Assembly: GCA_965116885.1 (NCBI GenBank) | Contig: OZ220741.1 | Coordinates: 2,208,001 to 2,272,000 of the forward strand | From: Candidatus Latescibacterota bacterium | GTDB lineage: Bacteria; Latescibacterota; UBA2968 | Direction of reading: 5' to 3' | DNA: 64,000 bases | In this document: in pieces, positions 29,810-38,743 of the stretch | Layout of the letters: each line of letters opens with the position of its first letter | Numbering within the stretch: position 1 is the stretch's first letter | Position numbers and translations under genes: made by a program | The notes under the pieces: generated by a model | Databases searched by the model: none | Told to the model about the DNA's origin: nothing | The model's input: only the letters and a program-made list of their open reading frames with translations

Positions 29810-31060
29810 TTATGTCCGCCACAATCTGGGGACTCTGACGGGTGTTTCCGTTACCGGCCAGTATTCGGGGGGCGCGTCTTCCCAATGGGGTACGGTGCGT
29901 GCGTCTCGATCAAAGATGATCTGTCCATTGCGAATTGTGAGCCGACAGATCAGGCGTTGATTGGTATCTATTCGCGTATAGCCGCAGTCTTGAAATGAGA
30001 AATTTCCGGTTTCGAGGGCCAGTACCGCTATATCCGCTTCTGCTCCTACCGATAGTGTGCCCAATTCCGGGCGTCCGATTGCACGCGCTGGTGTCGCGGT
30101 TGATCTGTAAATGACGTCTTCGAGGGTCATGCCCATTGCCAGACATTTTGACATGGTGTCTTGCATGCTGAATACGGTACCAGCAATATTACCCATGTGC
30201 AGGTCTGTGCTGATGGAGTCGGGAGCAAATCCATTGGCAATGGCTCGCGCGCCGTTTCGATACCAGAAGCTCGCGGCGCCGTGCCCCAGGTCAAACCAGA
30301 TTCCGCGTTGTCTGGCTTCAAACATATACGGTTCGACGTTTCCGTTGTTATCTACTACGGGGAATTGCCGCGCATAGACATGGGTGTGAATATCACCTGG
30401 GCGGAGTTTGTCGAGAATCAGCGTGGGATAGGGCCGCTCGGGTCGCGGCCAAAAATCGACCATGACGGGCATGCCGCATCCATCGCCTGCTTCAACTGCT
30501 TTTTCCACCGATTCCCAGGGGGGGTGCATGTCGTCAAATGGCGCACTTGTCCAATAATGCGCTGTTTTGATGCCGACGACGACTTCGCTGTGTTCGCGGG
30601 CGGCTTTTGCAGCGCCATCTACGTCAAAGGTCCGAATATCCTGTTCGGGCGCGCCCATACCGGGTGCAGAAATATTTACATAGGCCAGCACCCGCGTTTT
30701 TGCATGCTCCATGACGGTACGGCGAAAATGCGCTATTTCCTCGCATCCCGCGGTGCCCGTATCTACGCATGTTGTTACGCCAGAATGTGGGAAATGTGCG
30801 TCCGGATTCAGGCTTGCACTGAAGAGGCCTTCTCCTGGTGCTCGGGTGAAGTAGGCGTGGATGTGAATGTCGATTAATCCGGGTGTTACTATCAGATCCG
30901 ATACATCTACCACATGGTCTGCTTCTTTTGTGTCGATATCCGCTTCCACTTTTGCAATTTTGTCATCCGCTATTCCCACATCGCATAATCCATTTATCTT
31001 ATTGGCAGGATCAATCACTCGCCCGCCTTTCAACAGCAGGTCGAATTTACTCTCGGCCAT
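29810..31060 (-). CDS. Amidohydrolase/deacetylase (dihydroorotase-like)
   Basis: PGLIDIHIH, GVTTCVDTG, PGDIHTH, DLGHGAASF, ISTDLH. Confidence 0.88.
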   Translation of the reverse strand: MAESKFDLLLKGGRVIDPANKINGLCDVGIADDKIAKVEADIDTKEADHVVDVSDLIVTPGLIDIHIHAYFTRAPGEGLFSASLNPDAHFPHSGVTTCVDTGTAGCEEIAHFRRTVMEHAKTRVLAYVNISAPGMGAPEQDIRTFDVDGAAKAAREHSEVVVGIKTAHYWTSAPFDDMHPPWESVEKAVEAGDGCGMPVMVDFWPRPERPYPTLILDKLRPGDIHTHVYARQFPVVDNNGNVEPYMFEARQRGIWFDLGHGAASFWYRNGARAIANGFAPDSISTDLHMGNIAGTVFSMQDTMSKCLAMGMTLEDVIYRSTATPARAIGRPELGTLSVGAEADIAVLALETGNFSFQDCGYTRIDTNQRLICRLTIRNGQIIFDRDARTVPHWEDAPPEYWPVTETPVRVPRLWRT

Positions 31061-31166
31061 AACTAACCTCCAATCGCGTGTTTTGGAAATTCATCCTCTT
31101 GAGTATTATGTGCTATAATCGTATATTTAACAAGAGTCTCGCCAGGTGACCAATATATGAAAATTT

Positions 31167-32003
31167 TTGGGAATTAAACCATTGATTGCCAATACCAAAA
31201 GATGTGTTCGCGTTTTCTCTATCTGTTGGTGTATTTTCTTTTTTGCGACGTGCAACCAGACGCCGCCTCTTCCGGGTTCTGATTCCTCTACTTCCGAATC
31301 CGCGCTTCCGTCTATTTATACCTACACGATTGTCAATACCTATTTACACGATCCCAATGCTTTTACGCAGGGGTTGGTTTTTGAAGATGGTTTTTTTTAT
31401 GAAGGTACCGGAAACTACGGTGCTTCAACCATTCGCAAGATTATGCCTGCCACAGGCGCGGTTTTGACGCAGAAAAGCATTGCTCCTAATTTTTTTGGCG
31501 AGGGCATCGCGATTTTTGACGACCGCCTGTATCAACTTACGTGGAAATCGGGTATATGCTTTGTGTACGATAAGAATACGTTTGAGTTACAGGTCCAATT
31601 TACCTATCCCACGGAGGGTTGGGGGCTTACTCACGACGGCGAAAAGCTGATTATGAGCGATGGTACGAATATTATTTATTTTCGGGATCCCAATACATTT
31701 AGGGAAATTGGGCGTATCGAAGTGACCGATAGCACGGGTCCCGTTCATTCTCTCAATGAGCTGGAATATATTGAGGGGCAAATTTTTGCCAATGTATGGC
31801 AAACCGATCGCATTGCTCGCATTGATCCCAAAAGCGGTAAGATTACGGGATGGATTAATCTCGCGGGTATTCTCTCTCAAACCGATCGCTTGAATCACCG
31901 CGTTGGTGTGCTAAATGGCATTGCCTACGACGCTGTGACCGATCGCATTTTTGTTACGGGTAAGTGGTGGCCCAAATTGTTTGAAATCAAACTCGTTCAG
32001 TAA
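31167..32003 (+). CDS. Glutaminyl-peptide cyclotransferase (plant/beta-propeller type), probable lipoprotein
   Basis: HDPNAFTQGL, FFGEGI, EGWGLT, LNELEYI, VLNGIAYD, VTGKWW; possible lipobox FAT-C. Confidence 0.93.
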   Translation: MGIKPLIANTKRCVRVFSICWCIFFFATCNQTPPLPGSDSSTSESALPSIYTYTIVNTYLHDPNAFTQGLVFEDGFFYEGTGNYGASTIRKIMPATGAVLTQKSIAPNFFGEGIAIFDDRLYQLTWKSGICFVYDKNTFELQVQFTYPTEGWGLTHDGEKLIMSDGTNIIYFRDPNTFREIGRIEVTDSTGPVHSLNELEYIEGQIFANVWQTDRIARIDPKSGKITGWINLAGILSQTDRLNHRVGVLNGIAYDAVTDRIFVTGKWWPKLFEIKLVQ

Positions 32004-32102
32004 TAGTGAAGGAGAGGAGGACGGTATGATGTAATCTGTTTGAAGTGTGTGATTGGGATATAGTTTAAAATAACTTCTAAAATCCAATGAGAGGAAAAAC
32101 TA

Positions 32103-34103
32103 ATGCGGAAACTGCGATTCTACACCTGTTTGGCGCAGGTTTTGATCTTTGCAAGCCTATCCATTTTTTTTCTAATTCAACCCCTTCAGAGCGCGTTACA
32201 ATCGGGCTTCAATCCGGATTTTGATGGAAGCGGTGTTGTCGATTTTCCCGACTTTTTGCAATTTGTAGATAAGTTCGGGTTTAGTCGTGGCGATTCGGGG
32301 TACGAAGCGAGGTACGATCTGAATGGCGATGGCGAGATTGCGTTTAACGATTTTCTGTTATTTGTCGGGGCATTTGGTCAAACAGTGTCTATGGAAAGTG
32401 AAGGTGTTTTGCGTCCAACGGGAGAGTTACAACCCTATCCTCTTTCGCCCATTGTATCGGTTGAATCGGTTCGCTCTATGCCCATCGGTACACCTGTATT
32501 TATGCGGACCGAATTTGCCAATGGACAGCTTGCAGATCTCGAAATGACGTTTATACAGGTGGTTGACGATTTTTTGGCACCAATGCCTGTTTATATGGTT
32601 GAAGCTTCCGATCCCGTTTTGATACAACTCGGAGGGATTGCCAAAGGTATGAGTGGTTCGCCTATTTTCAATGAGCAAGGCACATGGGGTGCTATTGCTT
32701 ATGGTTTTTCTTCTCAAGATAGCCCGCCGTACTATTTTTTTGCAACGCCGATAGAATGGGTGATTGGCAATAAGGGCGCGATGCCATTGGCTAAACGCCT
32801 GACTACCTGGGAGGGGAACGGTATCACACCCCTGGATATTCCCCTGCTGGGTACGGGATTCAATCGCAGGCCCCAGCCAGATGATTCTTCCCGCCTGAGT
32901 GAGGTGATGTCAGCCGGAAAAACACAGCAACATCAGATCAGTTTTGAGGCGGGTAGGCCACTGGCAGTTGGTTTGATGCTGGGTGAGGTTGCGATTGCCG
33001 CGTTGGGAACCATATCATACGTCGATGGCAATCGGGTATATGGTTTTGGACATCCGATGGATGGTGTGGGGATAGTCGAACTGCCCATTATAGAAGCCGT
33101 GGTGCTCGGTCCAATATCCAATCTCTCTGCGCCGTTTAAGTTTGCAACGCTGAATCCAACAGTGCGGGGAACGCTGACCGAAGATCGTTTGCCCTCGGTT
33201 CGCGGTGTGCTTGGCGAGGGGCCAGAGTTGATACCTGTCAAGAGCATATATACTTTTTCTTTAGGGCAGGTGCTTGAGCTTACGCACAGGGTGGCGGTTG
33301 GTCTTGACCCCTTCACGACAGCCAATCTCGTTGCGGAGGCTTTGTTCTCGCCTTTGGTTAACCGGGTTGAAAACGAGCCGAATCACAGTGTGCGCGTCAA
33401 GACGAATATTTCTTTTGTGGAGACAGATTCAATACTAACTCGCTCTCGGCTCTATGCAGAGCCGGAAGGGCAGCTTTTATTTTTGGTTGTAAATGCCGTT
33501 GGCGATTTGACAGATATACTCTCACGAATCATGACACGGGATGATTACGCTGTGCAGATGCGCGAGGCCGAGATTCATGTTGATATATTGCCCGAATCCC
33601 GCTTTGCAAAGATAGTAGGTGTTGCTGCGGATACGGTTGTTAGTGCTGGGAGTACGTTGTCTGTTGCGACTTCGCTGCGCGTGGGGCGGCGTGAGGACCG
33701 GGAAATCGAGATGGCATTTGGCATACCCGATACGCTTCCCGCAGGTGTTTATCAACTCGAAGTGGGTTCTGTAGCAACATTAGGGTCAGATTCTGCTGGT
33801 GAAGGTGGCGATCCTTTCGGATTTTTTGATCCTTTTGGGCGTGATGAAACGCTCGAAGATGTTTTTGCCAGCGCGAATAGAAGAGATGAAAATGTTATCT
33901 TAAAGGCGCGTTTGACATTTGTAGGGTCAGGTGAGGGAAGTGATCTGCCGCCTGATTCTTTCGATGGCCCGCCTGATTCTTTTGGTAGCCCAACGGATTT
34001 TTTGGGTAGTCGGACCGAGACTGTACCTGTTTCTATGGAGAAAGATGTCGATTTATTTTTGGAAGGTTTGGAAACGCTTCAGATACGCGTGATGGGGAAT
34101 TAA
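32103..34103 (+). CDS. Secreted SpoIVB/peptidase S55-domain protein with N-terminal EF-hand/dockerin-like pair
   Basis: DFDGSGVVDFPDFLQF, DLNGDGEIAFNDFLLF; GIAKGMSGSPI; GFGHP. Confidence 0.8.
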   Translation: MRKLRFYTCLAQVLIFASLSIFFLIQPLQSALQSGFNPDFDGSGVVDFPDFLQFVDKFGFSRGDSGYEARYDLNGDGEIAFNDFLLFVGAFGQTVSMESEGVLRPTGELQPYPLSPIVSVESVRSMPIGTPVFMRTEFANGQLADLEMTFIQVVDDFLAPMPVYMVEASDPVLIQLGGIAKGMSGSPIFNEQGTWGAIAYGFSSQDSPPYYFFATPIEWVIGNKGAMPLAKRLTTWEGNGITPLDIPLLGTGFNRRPQPDDSSRLSEVMSAGKTQQHQISFEAGRPLAVGLMLGEVAIAALGTISYVDGNRVYGFGHPMDGVGIVELPIIEAVVLGPISNLSAPFKFATLNPTVRGTLTEDRLPSVRGVLGEGPELIPVKSIYTFSLGQVLELTHRVAVGLDPFTTANLVAEALFSPLVNRVENEPNHSVRVKTNISFVETDSILTRSRLYAEPEGQLLFLVVNAVGDLTDILSRIMTRDDYAVQMREAEIHVDILPESRFAKIVGVAADTVVSAGSTLSVATSLRVGRREDREIEMAFGIPDTLPAGVYQLEVGSVATLGSDSAGEGGDPFGFFDPFGRDETLEDVFASANRRDENVILKARLTFVGSGEGSDLPPDSFDGPPDSFGSPTDFLGSRTETVPVSMEKDVDLFLEGLETLQIRVMGN

Positions 34104-34122
34104 CAATACCCGGGAGTTACCC

Positions 34123-34869
34123 ATGAAATGGACAGACGAACAACTCGCACGATACGATGAACAGGGTTATCTCTTTATGCCCGGTCTGCTTTCATCCGAC
34201 GAGGTTGATGTACTCAATGGCGATGTTCCGCTTTTGCTTAGTGGGGAGAATGACGGGTTGCATCGGGAACGCGAACGCGGTGGGGCTGTGCGTCAGGTTT
34301 ATCTCGCCCATCGGCGTGTTGACGCTTTTCAGGAGCTTATCAATCATCCGAAAATTTTGTATCCCGTTCGGCAGGTTCTCAAAGACGATGTGTATATCTG
34401 GCACTCGAAACTCAATGTCAAGGATGCTTTTGAGGGCACGGTCTGGCTGTGGCACCAGGACTATGGGTACTGGATGTGGGATGGGGTTGATCCGCGTCTC
34501 GTTTCCGCTATGGTTTTTCTGGATCGGGCCACGCTCAACAATGGCTGTTTGATGGTGGTATCGGGGTCTCATAAATGGGGACGTCAGGAGCACTATGCGG
34601 ATACGGTTACGACGAGCTATAAGCAGTGGTGTATTGATACAGATACTCTGAAAGAAAAAATTTGTGAGGAAGATATTGAGCATATTACGGGAAAGCCGGG
34701 CGATGTGCTGTTTTTTGATTGCAATATTGTGCATGGCTCTGGTCACAATATGTCGCCATTACCTCGCAAGACCTTTATTATTGCGTACAATGCCATATCC
34801 AATAAGCCCCGTGCGGTGGATAATCCCCGACCCGATTGGGTGGTGGCGCGTGCGTTTGATATCGTTTGA
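34123..34869 (+). CDS. Phytanoyl-CoA dioxygenase family (EctD-like) Fe/2OG oxygenase
   Basis: HSKLNVK, WHQDYGYW, NGCLMV, HGSGHNMSP. Confidence 0.9.
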   Translation: MKWTDEQLARYDEQGYLFMPGLLSSDEVDVLNGDVPLLLSGENDGLHRERERGGAVRQVYLAHRRVDAFQELINHPKILYPVRQVLKDDVYIWHSKLNVKDAFEGTVWLWHQDYGYWMWDGVDPRLVSAMVFLDRATLNNGCLMVVSGSHKWGRQEHYADTVTTSYKQWCIDTDTLKEKICEEDIEHITGKPGDVLFFDCNIVHGSGHNMSPLPRKTFIIAYNAISNKPRAVDNPRPDWVVARAFDIV

Positions 34870-34870
34870 C

Positions 34871-34899
34871 TTGACATTGAAAAGGAAGTAATCTATTCT
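34871..34899 (+). promoter_or_regulatory. Sigma70 promoter
   Basis: TTGACA-N17-TATTCT upstream of RBS AGGAGG. Confidence 0.6.
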
Positions 34900-34924
34900 C
34901 CTGACCATCACATAGGAGGTTGAT

Positions 34925-36037
34925 ATGTCTGCTACTACAACTGCTCCGCGTACCAATGGCAGGGCTAATGCGCTTACAAAATTCAAAATTGTAGATTGCG
35001 ATGTACACCATTCTCCGGGCAAGGGTGACGCGCTCTATCCGTATATGCCGCGCCACTTTGTCGAGTATATCAAAGATTTTGGTGCGATGATGCCGAGACT
35101 CGGATATACAAATATGCCGGGAGGCGGTGCGCGAAAAGATCTGTGGGAAGATCCAAAGGAAAATCCCGCCCATCAGCCACAGGTTTGTATTGAGAAGCAT
35201 CTCGATGTGTATGATATAGATTTCGCGGTTCTCACGGGTGGGCCTTATGCAGCAGCTGTTCACAACAATCCGGATTACGCATCGGCTTATTGCAGTGCGT
35301 TTAACGATTGGACAAAAGACCACTGGATCAGTGCCGATCCGCGGTTTCGGGCTTCGATTCATATTTGTCCTGTAGATCCGCAACTCGCGGTAAAGGAAAT
35401 TGACCGTCTGGGTCCCGATCCGGATTTTGTGCAGGTTATGATGCCCGCGGGCGCTCGCATGCCTTTTGGCAACCGCCACTACCATCCCATTTACGAGGCC
35501 TGTGAGAGACACGGGTTGCCCGTTTCGGTTCATTTTGGGGCTGAAGGCGCAGGTCTTGCAGCACCGCCCACTGCTGCGGGATATCCCACCTATTATCTCG
35601 AGATGCGGATGGCGCGGCCCCAAATTGCACAGGCTCATGTCACCAGTCTCGTTGTGGAGGGCGTGTTTGAGAAATTTCAAAATTTCCACTTTATATTTGT
35701 CGAGATGGATACTTTCTGGCTGCCGGGTCTTATGTGGCACCTCGATCTCGATTGGCGCGCGTTGCGCGACTATACGCCGTGGGTCAAACGCCTGCCCAGC
35801 GAATATATCCGCGAGCATATCCGTCTGGGTACGCAACCTATGCCCGATATACCCGGCGGAAAAGAAGATCTGGAGACGTATTTGCGCTGGATGCACGCCG
35901 AGGATACCCTTGTTTTTGCCAGTGATTATCCACATTGGGACTGGGATGAGCCCGGTCACGTCCTTCGCAATGTTGATCGCGATCTGAAGAAGCGTATTAT
36001 GGGCGAGAATGCCGGCGAAATATTTGGGCTTTTCTGA
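34925..36037 (+). CDS. Amidohydrolase_2 family metalloenzyme
   Basis: VDCDVHH, PVSVHFG, FVE, FASDYPHWD, MGENA. Confidence 0.88.
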   Translation: MSATTTAPRTNGRANALTKFKIVDCDVHHSPGKGDALYPYMPRHFVEYIKDFGAMMPRLGYTNMPGGGARKDLWEDPKENPAHQPQVCIEKHLDVYDIDFAVLTGGPYAAAVHNNPDYASAYCSAFNDWTKDHWISADPRFRASIHICPVDPQLAVKEIDRLGPDPDFVQVMMPAGARMPFGNRHYHPIYEACERHGLPVSVHFGAEGAGLAAPPTAAGYPTYYLEMRMARPQIAQAHVTSLVVEGVFEKFQNFHFIFVEMDTFWLPGLMWHLDLDWRALRDYTPWVKRLPSEYIREHIRLGTQPMPDIPGGKEDLETYLRWMHAEDTLVFASDYPHWDWDEPGHVLRNVDRDLKKRIMGENAGEIFGLF

Positions 36038-36411
36038 TGTCGAAACACAGGGTAGCGAAAATAGCGGATTTGTCCCCTGGCGAGCGCAAAATTGTGACGG
36101 TTAATAACCGGGAAATTGGCATTCTCAATGTGGATGGCAATCTCTATGCCCTGCGCAATATCTGCCCCCATCGCCTGGGTCCGCTCTGCAAGGGGCGCGT
36201 ACGTCCATTGGTCGTTTGGGAGGGCGAAGAGGTGGGCGGTGGGCGCTTTACCGATATCGGGCATGAACGCGAAAACGAAATTATCAAGTGCCCCTGGCAC
36301 AACTGGGAGTTTGAGCTGAAGACCGGTAAGTCCATTACAGATGACGATTTGCGCGTGCGTACCTATCGCGTGGAAGCAGAAGGAGATGATGTTGTGCTTT
36401 ATCTGAGGTGA
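36037..36411 (+). CDS. Rieske [2Fe-2S] ferredoxin
   Basis: CPHRLG and CPWHNWEF; start overlaps the upstream stop. Confidence 0.93.
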   Translation: MSKHRVAKIADLSPGERKIVTVNNREIGILNVDGNLYALRNICPHRLGPLCKGRVRPLVVWEGEEVGGGRFTDIGHERENEIIKCPWHNWEFELKTGKSITDDDLRVRTYRVEAEGDDVVLYLR

Positions 36412-36458
36412 GAGATAAGGCTCTATTATCTCTTATCTGTAGGGGAAGATGGGTGGGT

Positions 36459-36488
36459 ATGAGAATACATCAGTTGCTATGGCCTCAA
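36459..36488 (+). pseudogene. Probable 10-codon remnant of a BrnT-like toxin, fused in frame to the antitoxin
   Basis: MRIHQLLWPQ resembles BrnT N-termini; the rest of a toxin gene is absent. Confidence 0.45.
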
Positions 36489-36755
36489 ATGAATCGTACA
36501 AAAATTCCACAAACCGATTCAATTGAAGAACTCGCTCGGTTCTGGGATACTCATGACTTAACGGATTTCGCTGATGAACTTGAAGAAGTGAATGAATCTG
36601 TTTTTGAGCGTCAAACCGAAGTCACTATTCGACTAGAGCCTCAAGATGCTTCCGCTGTTACAAAACTCGCTAAGTCACGGGGCGTTTCTCAAGCGAATCT
36701 TATACAAGAATGGGTTGTTGAGCGCATCCAGGCTTCGGCAAGCTCGATAGTTTAA
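36489..36755 (+). CDS. CopG/BrnA-like antitoxin
   Basis: IPQTDSIEELARFWDTHDLTDF plus ribbon-helix-helix-like C-terminus (VTIRL..LAKSRGVS..LIQEWV). Confidence 0.8.
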   Translation: MNRTKIPQTDSIEELARFWDTHDLTDFADELEEVNESVFERQTEVTIRLEPQDASAVTKLAKSRGVSQANLIQEWVVERIQASASSIV

Positions 36756-36858
36756 CGTTTGTACCGAGATTAGCTTTGATCCGCATTCAACCTTTCTCTG
36801 ATTGCCCTTGGCTGGGAGTTGGATGACCCTCTCTCACCGATTTCAAAAGAGTGAATTT

Positions 36859-37629
36859 ATGCAACTTACTTTTAGCACGACTGTTTGTCCCGATTTACTT
36901 TTGCCCGATGCGCTGAACGTTGCTACAGAAGCGGGCTTTAATCGCATTGAACTTTTTCGCACGTTTAGCGAGAGTTCCCCGGTTCACGCGGATACGTCGG
37001 TGCGTATGGTGCGCGAGCGTCTGGACAATGCGGGCGTTACGCTTACGGGTCTCAATATTCGCAATATCACGGGACGCAATTCCAGCACGGACGAACGCGA
37101 TCTGAGATACAATATGCGTCAGGTCGAATGGGATATCCATCTTTCTCGCGCTCTGCGGCTACAGTGTGCCAATCTCAAAGGCGGTGATCGCACAGAGGAG
37201 GCGCGTGAGGATTTTATTACGGGTATTAATCACGTGCTCGATCGCATCCCCAATTTTACGCTCAATATAGGCAATCACAAGGGGAATTTGTTCGAGAATA
37301 TTGAAGATTATCAGGGTATTTTGCCCGAGCTTCCCGATCGCGCCAGGGTGCTGATGGATACAGGCCATCTCCTTTCAGCAGGCGTTGAAGTAAGGGCTTT
37401 TGCAGAAGCTTTTGCCGATCGCATTGGCCTTGTTCACCTGAGAGATCAGAAGGGGGAGACACCCGTGCCTTTTGGCGAGGGCGATTTGCCTTTTGAAGAT
37501 GTTATCGGTATTCTCGAGGGCGTGGGTTATGATGGCGAACTCGTTATTGAACTGGAAAAAGTCACCTGGGGTGAACCGGTCCAGGCTTGCGCTGCTGCGC
37601 GTGAATACGTCGAAAAAATCCTATCCTAA
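36859..37629 (+). CDS. Sugar phosphate isomerase/epimerase (xylose isomerase-like TIM barrel)
   Basis: GFNRIEL, DTGH, VHLRD, PFGEGDLPF, GYDGELVIELE. Confidence 0.85.
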   Translation: MQLTFSTTVCPDLLLPDALNVATEAGFNRIELFRTFSESSPVHADTSVRMVRERLDNAGVTLTGLNIRNITGRNSSTDERDLRYNMRQVEWDIHLSRALRLQCANLKGGDRTEEAREDFITGINHVLDRIPNFTLNIGNHKGNLFENIEDYQGILPELPDRARVLMDTGHLLSAGVEVRAFAEAFADRIGLVHLRDQKGETPVPFGEGDLPFEDVIGILEGVGYDGELVIELEKVTWGEPVQACAAAREYVEKILS

Positions 37630-37637
37630 ATGAGCCT

Positions 37638-38039
37638 ATGTCCCATGCACTGAGCAAACATCTGCTCGTCGATCTGTACGGTTGTCCCGCCGATCTGCTC
37701 AATGATGTCACTGGGCTTGAAACGGTTATGATCGAAGCCGCCCAACGCGCAGGTGCCACGGTTATCAATAGCATGTTTCATCATTTTTCGCCTTTCGGTG
37801 TATCGGGTGTTGTGGTCATTCAGGAGAGCCACCTGACTATTCACACCTGGCCAGAGCAGGGTTTTGCTGCTGTTGATCTGTTCACCTGCGGCACGCAGAC
37901 CAAACCGCAGCGCGCTTTGACTCACTTAAAACGCGCACTTCAATCCACACGGATCGAAGTGCGACAATTCAGGCGTGGGCAAGGTGATTCATTGGCTGTA
38001 AAGATCAACAGCAACTTTGGGAAAGATAGTGACCCGTAA
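37638..38039 (+). CDS. speD: S-adenosylmethionine decarboxylase proenzyme family
   Basis: HLLVDLYGC, FSPFGVSGVVVIQESHLTIHTWPE, DLFTCG. Confidence 0.88.
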   Translation: MSHALSKHLLVDLYGCPADLLNDVTGLETVMIEAAQRAGATVINSMFHHFSPFGVSGVVVIQESHLTIHTWPEQGFAAVDLFTCGTQTKPQRALTHLKRALQSTRIEVRQFRRGQGDSLAVKINSNFGKDSDP

Positions 38040-38057
38040 CTTTGTGAGATAAAAAGT

Positions 38058-38114
38058 AAACGCCCGTCATTTGGTGTACAACTGTGGTAGCAGTTGATCC
38101 CCCGACGGGCGTTT
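38058..38114. repeat. Hairpin containing REP-like copy 2 (inverted)
   Basis: AAACGCCCGTC..GGTGTACAACTG-TGGTAG-CAGTTGAT..GACGGGCGTTT. Confidence 0.55.
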
Positions 38115-38161
38115 TAGTTGCGAGGCTATTTTTTAACGATTCTAAATACAATGGAGGGCGT

Positions 38162-38413
38162 ATGACCATAGATCAAGCTACAGATATTCGATCTACACTT
38201 ATTGCGATGTTTGAGGCTATTGAGAAAAAAGAAAATATCGCCGAGCATTTGCTCAAACTCGACGATATTCAGCGCAGCCTTGATCGGGATACGCCAGCAC
38301 AACTCAGACATTTTCTCGAGCGTCGTAGTTATACCAAAGCTCTCGAATATCTCGATACGGGCACTTTCACTGACGATCCCAACCGCCCCGACTGCGACGA
38401 CCACCCCCATTAA
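38162..38413 (+). CDS. Small hypothetical protein
   Basis: RBS GGAGG; helical protein with LRHFLERRSYTKAL. Confidence 0.7.
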   Translation: MTIDQATDIRSTLIAMFEAIEKKENIAEHLLKLDDIQRSLDRDTPAQLRHFLERRSYTKALEYLDTGTFTDDPNRPDCDDHPH

Positions 38414-38430
38414 TTTTCAGGAGTTCAGCT

Positions 38431-38736
38431 ATGTCTGTCACAACCCGTACTGATATCAAGGGCATTTCTCGGTTTTTATTTACCGAAGGCACGGATGCCG
38501 ACCGTCTGCACTTGCATGTTTCAGAAGTTGGTCCCGGTCAGCGCGCCCACCCGCCACACCGGCACGATGGGTGGGAGATTTTCTACGTCATCAAAGGTAA
38601 TGGCGAAGTTCTTTACGGAGATCAAACACATCCGGTCAATACGGGTGAAGCCATGCATCTCGAATGCAGTATTTTGCACGGAATAAAAAATATTGGCGAT
38701 GGCCCGCTTCAATACGCCGTGATTATTAGAAAATGA
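38431..38736 (+). CDS. Cupin domain protein
   Basis: HPPHRHDGWEIFYVIKG..HGIKN. Confidence 0.88.
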   Translation: MSVTTRTDIKGISRFLFTEGTDADRLHLHVSEVGPGQRAHPPHRHDGWEIFYVIKGNGEVLYGDQTHPVNTGEAMHLECSILHGIKNIGDGPLQYAVIIRK

Positions 38737-38743
38737 ATGGGCA

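Noticed and set aside
34778..35959. 393-aa minus-strand ORF (likewise 40425-41480, 10198-11064, 54212-54964)
   Set aside because: Shadow ORFs opposite well-supported genes
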